Source: an uncultured Actinomycetota bacterium
GTDB taxonomy: Bacteria; Actinomycetota; Actinomycetes; Propionibacteriales; Nocardioidaceae
Direction: 5' to 3'
Length of the DNA stretch: 64,000 nt
Assembly: GCA_963825455.1 (NCBI GenBank)
Contig: CAWGTG010000001.1
Coordinates: 84,284 to 148,283 of the forward strand
A program made the translations under genes and the position numbers. This document shows positions 61,492 to 64,000 of the stretch, piece by piece. The notes under the pieces are model-generated. The model saw nothing but the letters and a program-made list of their open reading frames with translations. It did not search any database and had not been told where the DNA came from. The number at the start of each line of letters is the position of its first letter. Position 1 is the first letter of the stretch.

Positions 61492-61848
61492 TCAGGCCCC
61501 CTGGCTGCCGAGGGGTGGGAACTTCTCCTCGGCCTCGTCGTATCCCTCGGAGTCCTTGAACATGCCCTTCTCGACGTCGAAGTCGCGCTCGGTGTTGTCG
61601 ACCTCCACGGCGTCGGGGCGGTTGTCGGGGTCGAGGCGGCGCTCCCGCTCCTCCTCGATCTCCTGCTCGTCCTCCGGGTCGGCACCCGGCTGGCGGGCGC
61701 CACCTAAGGCAGGCTCCTCGTCCCCCTCCTCGGGCGGACCGTCGGCAGCGTGGTCGCCGCCCTCGCCGGCCACCGGAGGCGGATCGCTGTTGGGATCGTC
61801 GTCGGGCGCTGCGTGCTTGCCCGGGGTCTCGGGCTGCGACTCACTCAT
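61492..61848 (-). CDS. acidic, probably disordered hypothetical protein
   Basis: IEEERERRLDPDNRPDAVEVDNTERDFD; coding-like codon bias. Confidence 0.7.
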   Translation of the reverse strand: MSESQPETPGKHAAPDDDPNSDPPPVAGEGGDHAADGPPEEGDEEPALGGARQPGADPEDEQEIEEERERRLDPDNRPDAVEVDNTERDFDVEKGMFKDSEGYDEAEEKFPPLGSQGA

Positions 61849-61879
61849 GAGTCAGGTGTACCCGAACAGGCAGCGCCCG

Positions 61880-62389
61880 TCACACACCTCGTCCGAGACG
61901 CGGGTCGGCCGGAATCCGGCGGTCCGTTCCGGTCCCGAGGGTCGGGTGGCTGCCGCGGATGTGCACCTCCCAGCTCTCGACGTGCAGCACCCACAGCCGG
62001 AGGTCCGAGTCGCCGGTCAGCTCCTCGGCCGCGAAGGTCCGCGCGCCTCGCCCGGGGTCGAAGGCCTTCGGCACGTGCTGCGCGAGCTCGTCGGCGGGGA
62101 TCTCGCGCGCGGTGCCGGTCACGTAGACCGCACCGGTGTCAGGGCCCGGCGACACCGTCGAGTCGAACACCACCCCGCTGAGCCTGTTGTCCCGCGCGAG
62201 GTTGTGCGAATGATGGCTCGCCGGGTTCGAGACCCAGTAGAAGTCCTCGTAGCCGTGCGGGACGAAGTAGACCGGCGACGTGCGCGTCCGCCCGTCCTCG
62301 TCGATCGTGCCGAGCACGATGAACCGGATCCGGTCCAGGATGTCTCGGGCGATCTGGTCCAGGTCAGGGTCGGCGGTGTCTTCGCTCAT
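61880..62389 (-). CDS. pyridoxamine 5'-phosphate oxidase-like split-barrel flavin/F420-binding protein
   Basis: LGTIDEDGRTRTSPVYF and YWVS..SHHSHNL motifs. Confidence 0.82.
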   Translation of the reverse strand: MSEDTADPDLDQIARDILDRIRFIVLGTIDEDGRTRTSPVYFVPHGYEDFYWVSNPASHHSHNLARDNRLSGVVFDSTVSPGPDTGAVYVTGTAREIPADELAQHVPKAFDPGRGARTFAAEELTGDSDLRLWVLHVESWEVHIRGSHPTLGTGTDRRIPADPRLGRGV

Positions 62390-62426
62390 GTGGGAGTGGA
62401 CCGCCGCCCCCGCCCGGACTCATCGG

Positions 62427-62969
62427 CTAGTGATAGGCCTTGTGCTGAAGCAGGTGCACCTTGGGGTTCGCACACCCGGTCGTCCTGTGCTTGATGAACT
62501 GCGACCTCGTCTCGTCGGGCACGTAGACCCGGAACCCGTCGACCTTGGTCGGCTGGCACTTGCTCTTCGGGTAGGGCGCGTACGACGTCTCCGCCACCGC
62601 GCTGCGCACCTTGTCGCCGGGGGCCAGGACGACCCGCGGCCTGTTGCTCGGCGTACGGTCCGCGGCCGCGCCGACCTGGGTGCCGTTGCCGCCGCCGACG
62701 TACGACAGCCCGCCGTAACCGCGAACCCAGCACGTCTTGTCAGAGGTGTTGCGCAGGATGATCCGCCCGTAGATGTGACTCGTCGCGGCGTCGCCGCCCT
62801 TGTAGGACGCGGTCAGGTTGTCGTTGGTGCACTCGGGGGTGGCCCGGTGCCCCACCGCTGCGGTGCCGCTCGGCGCCAGCATCATCACGCCCCCCATGAC
62901 CGACCCGGCGACCACCGTCGCCACCCCGCTCCAGAACGGCACCCTCATCCAGCGCTCCATCACGCTCAT
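62427..62969 (-). CDS. DUF4232-domain secreted protein
   Basis: Signal peptide; C..L, LRNTSDKTC..GY.G and GFRVYVPD motifs; GGAGG RBS. Confidence 0.8.
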   Translation of the reverse strand: MSVMERWMRVPFWSGVATVVAGSVMGGVMMLAPSGTAAVGHRATPECTNDNLTASYKGGDAATSHIYGRIILRNTSDKTCWVRGYGGLSYVGGGNGTQVGAAADRTPSNRPRVVLAPGDKVRSAVAETSYAPYPKSKCQPTKVDGFRVYVPDETRSQFIKHRTTGCANPKVHLLQHKAYH

Positions 62970-63062
62970 CCTCCTGTGGACTCGAAAATTCGTCCGTCAA
63001 TCAGTGTGACTCCCGGGACGCAACCGCAGTTGTGGACGGGCCTGAGTTTCGGCTGAGACTTT

Positions 63063-63105
63063 CGCCGAGCCGTCGTTACTGCCCGTCAGTAACGACGGGT
63101 CGGCG
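63063..63105. repeat. strong intergenic hairpin
   Basis: CGCCGAGCCGTCGTTACTG-CCCGT-CAGTAACGACGGGTCGGCG. Confidence 0.6.
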
Positions 63106-63301
63106 TGGCGAGAGCACCGAAACAGGCCACCTGGCGTCCACAGATCTGGTCCGGGAGGCCGTCGTCCACAGGAGAGGTGGGCTGGGTCAGCTGCGCTGCT
63201 TGCTCGGCCCGGGTGCCACGTGCGCCGACACGGCGCTACGGCCGACGCGGGCCCTTCGGGCGCGGGCAGCAGTACCGCCGGGTCGGCGATGCCCGGACGC
63301 A

Positions 63302-63352
63302 GCAGGGCCCCCGCCCTCGACAGCCTGCGGCTGTCTCGGAGGGGGGCCCTGC
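63302..63352 (-). terminator. hairpin just downstream of rpoC, probable terminator
   Basis: GCAGGGCCCCC...GGGGGCCCTGC stem with an inner GACAGCC/GGCTGTC stem; no U-tract. Confidence 0.65.
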
Positions 63353-63359
63353 GTGCGTG

Positions 63360-64000
<641 letters not shown>

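Overview
High-GC actinobacterial chromosomal window; gene content and intergenic repeat style suggest Nocardioides or a relative (inference). It starts with the conserved glpR/sepX-rimJ-moaB-moaC-moeA-UGPase / 5-FTHF cyclo-ligase-FmdB-SAF-mscL block, followed by an LCP gene and tRNA-Arg(CCT). About 50 kb of mixed housekeeping and accessory genes follow (MarR/TetR/XRE/AraC modules, MFS and ABC transporters, a two-component system, sirtuin, IdeR, pdxH, citA, serC, topoisomerase IB, macro domain, MenJ-like reductase), ending in the 3' part of rpoC. No integrase, transposase, prophage or CRISPR array was seen. The most striking unexplained element is a stand-alone minus-strand unit of about 200 nt at 28490-28727. 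It has a sigma-70-type promoter, a 15-nt stretch complementary to the 16S rRNA 3' tail, a 12-codon ORF (MNSLRTREVAAR) and a multi-hairpin 3' domain, with no downstream gene to regulate. Other observations: a tRNA with a doubly mismatched anticodon stem, two apparent internal deletions (photolyase; AAA-regulator fused to a cysteine dioxygenase tail), several frameshifts that may be sequencing errors, a dispersed palindromic repeat family, small proteins missed by the ORF track, and several readable operators, including a CIRCE. All product calls come from motif recognition, not database searches.
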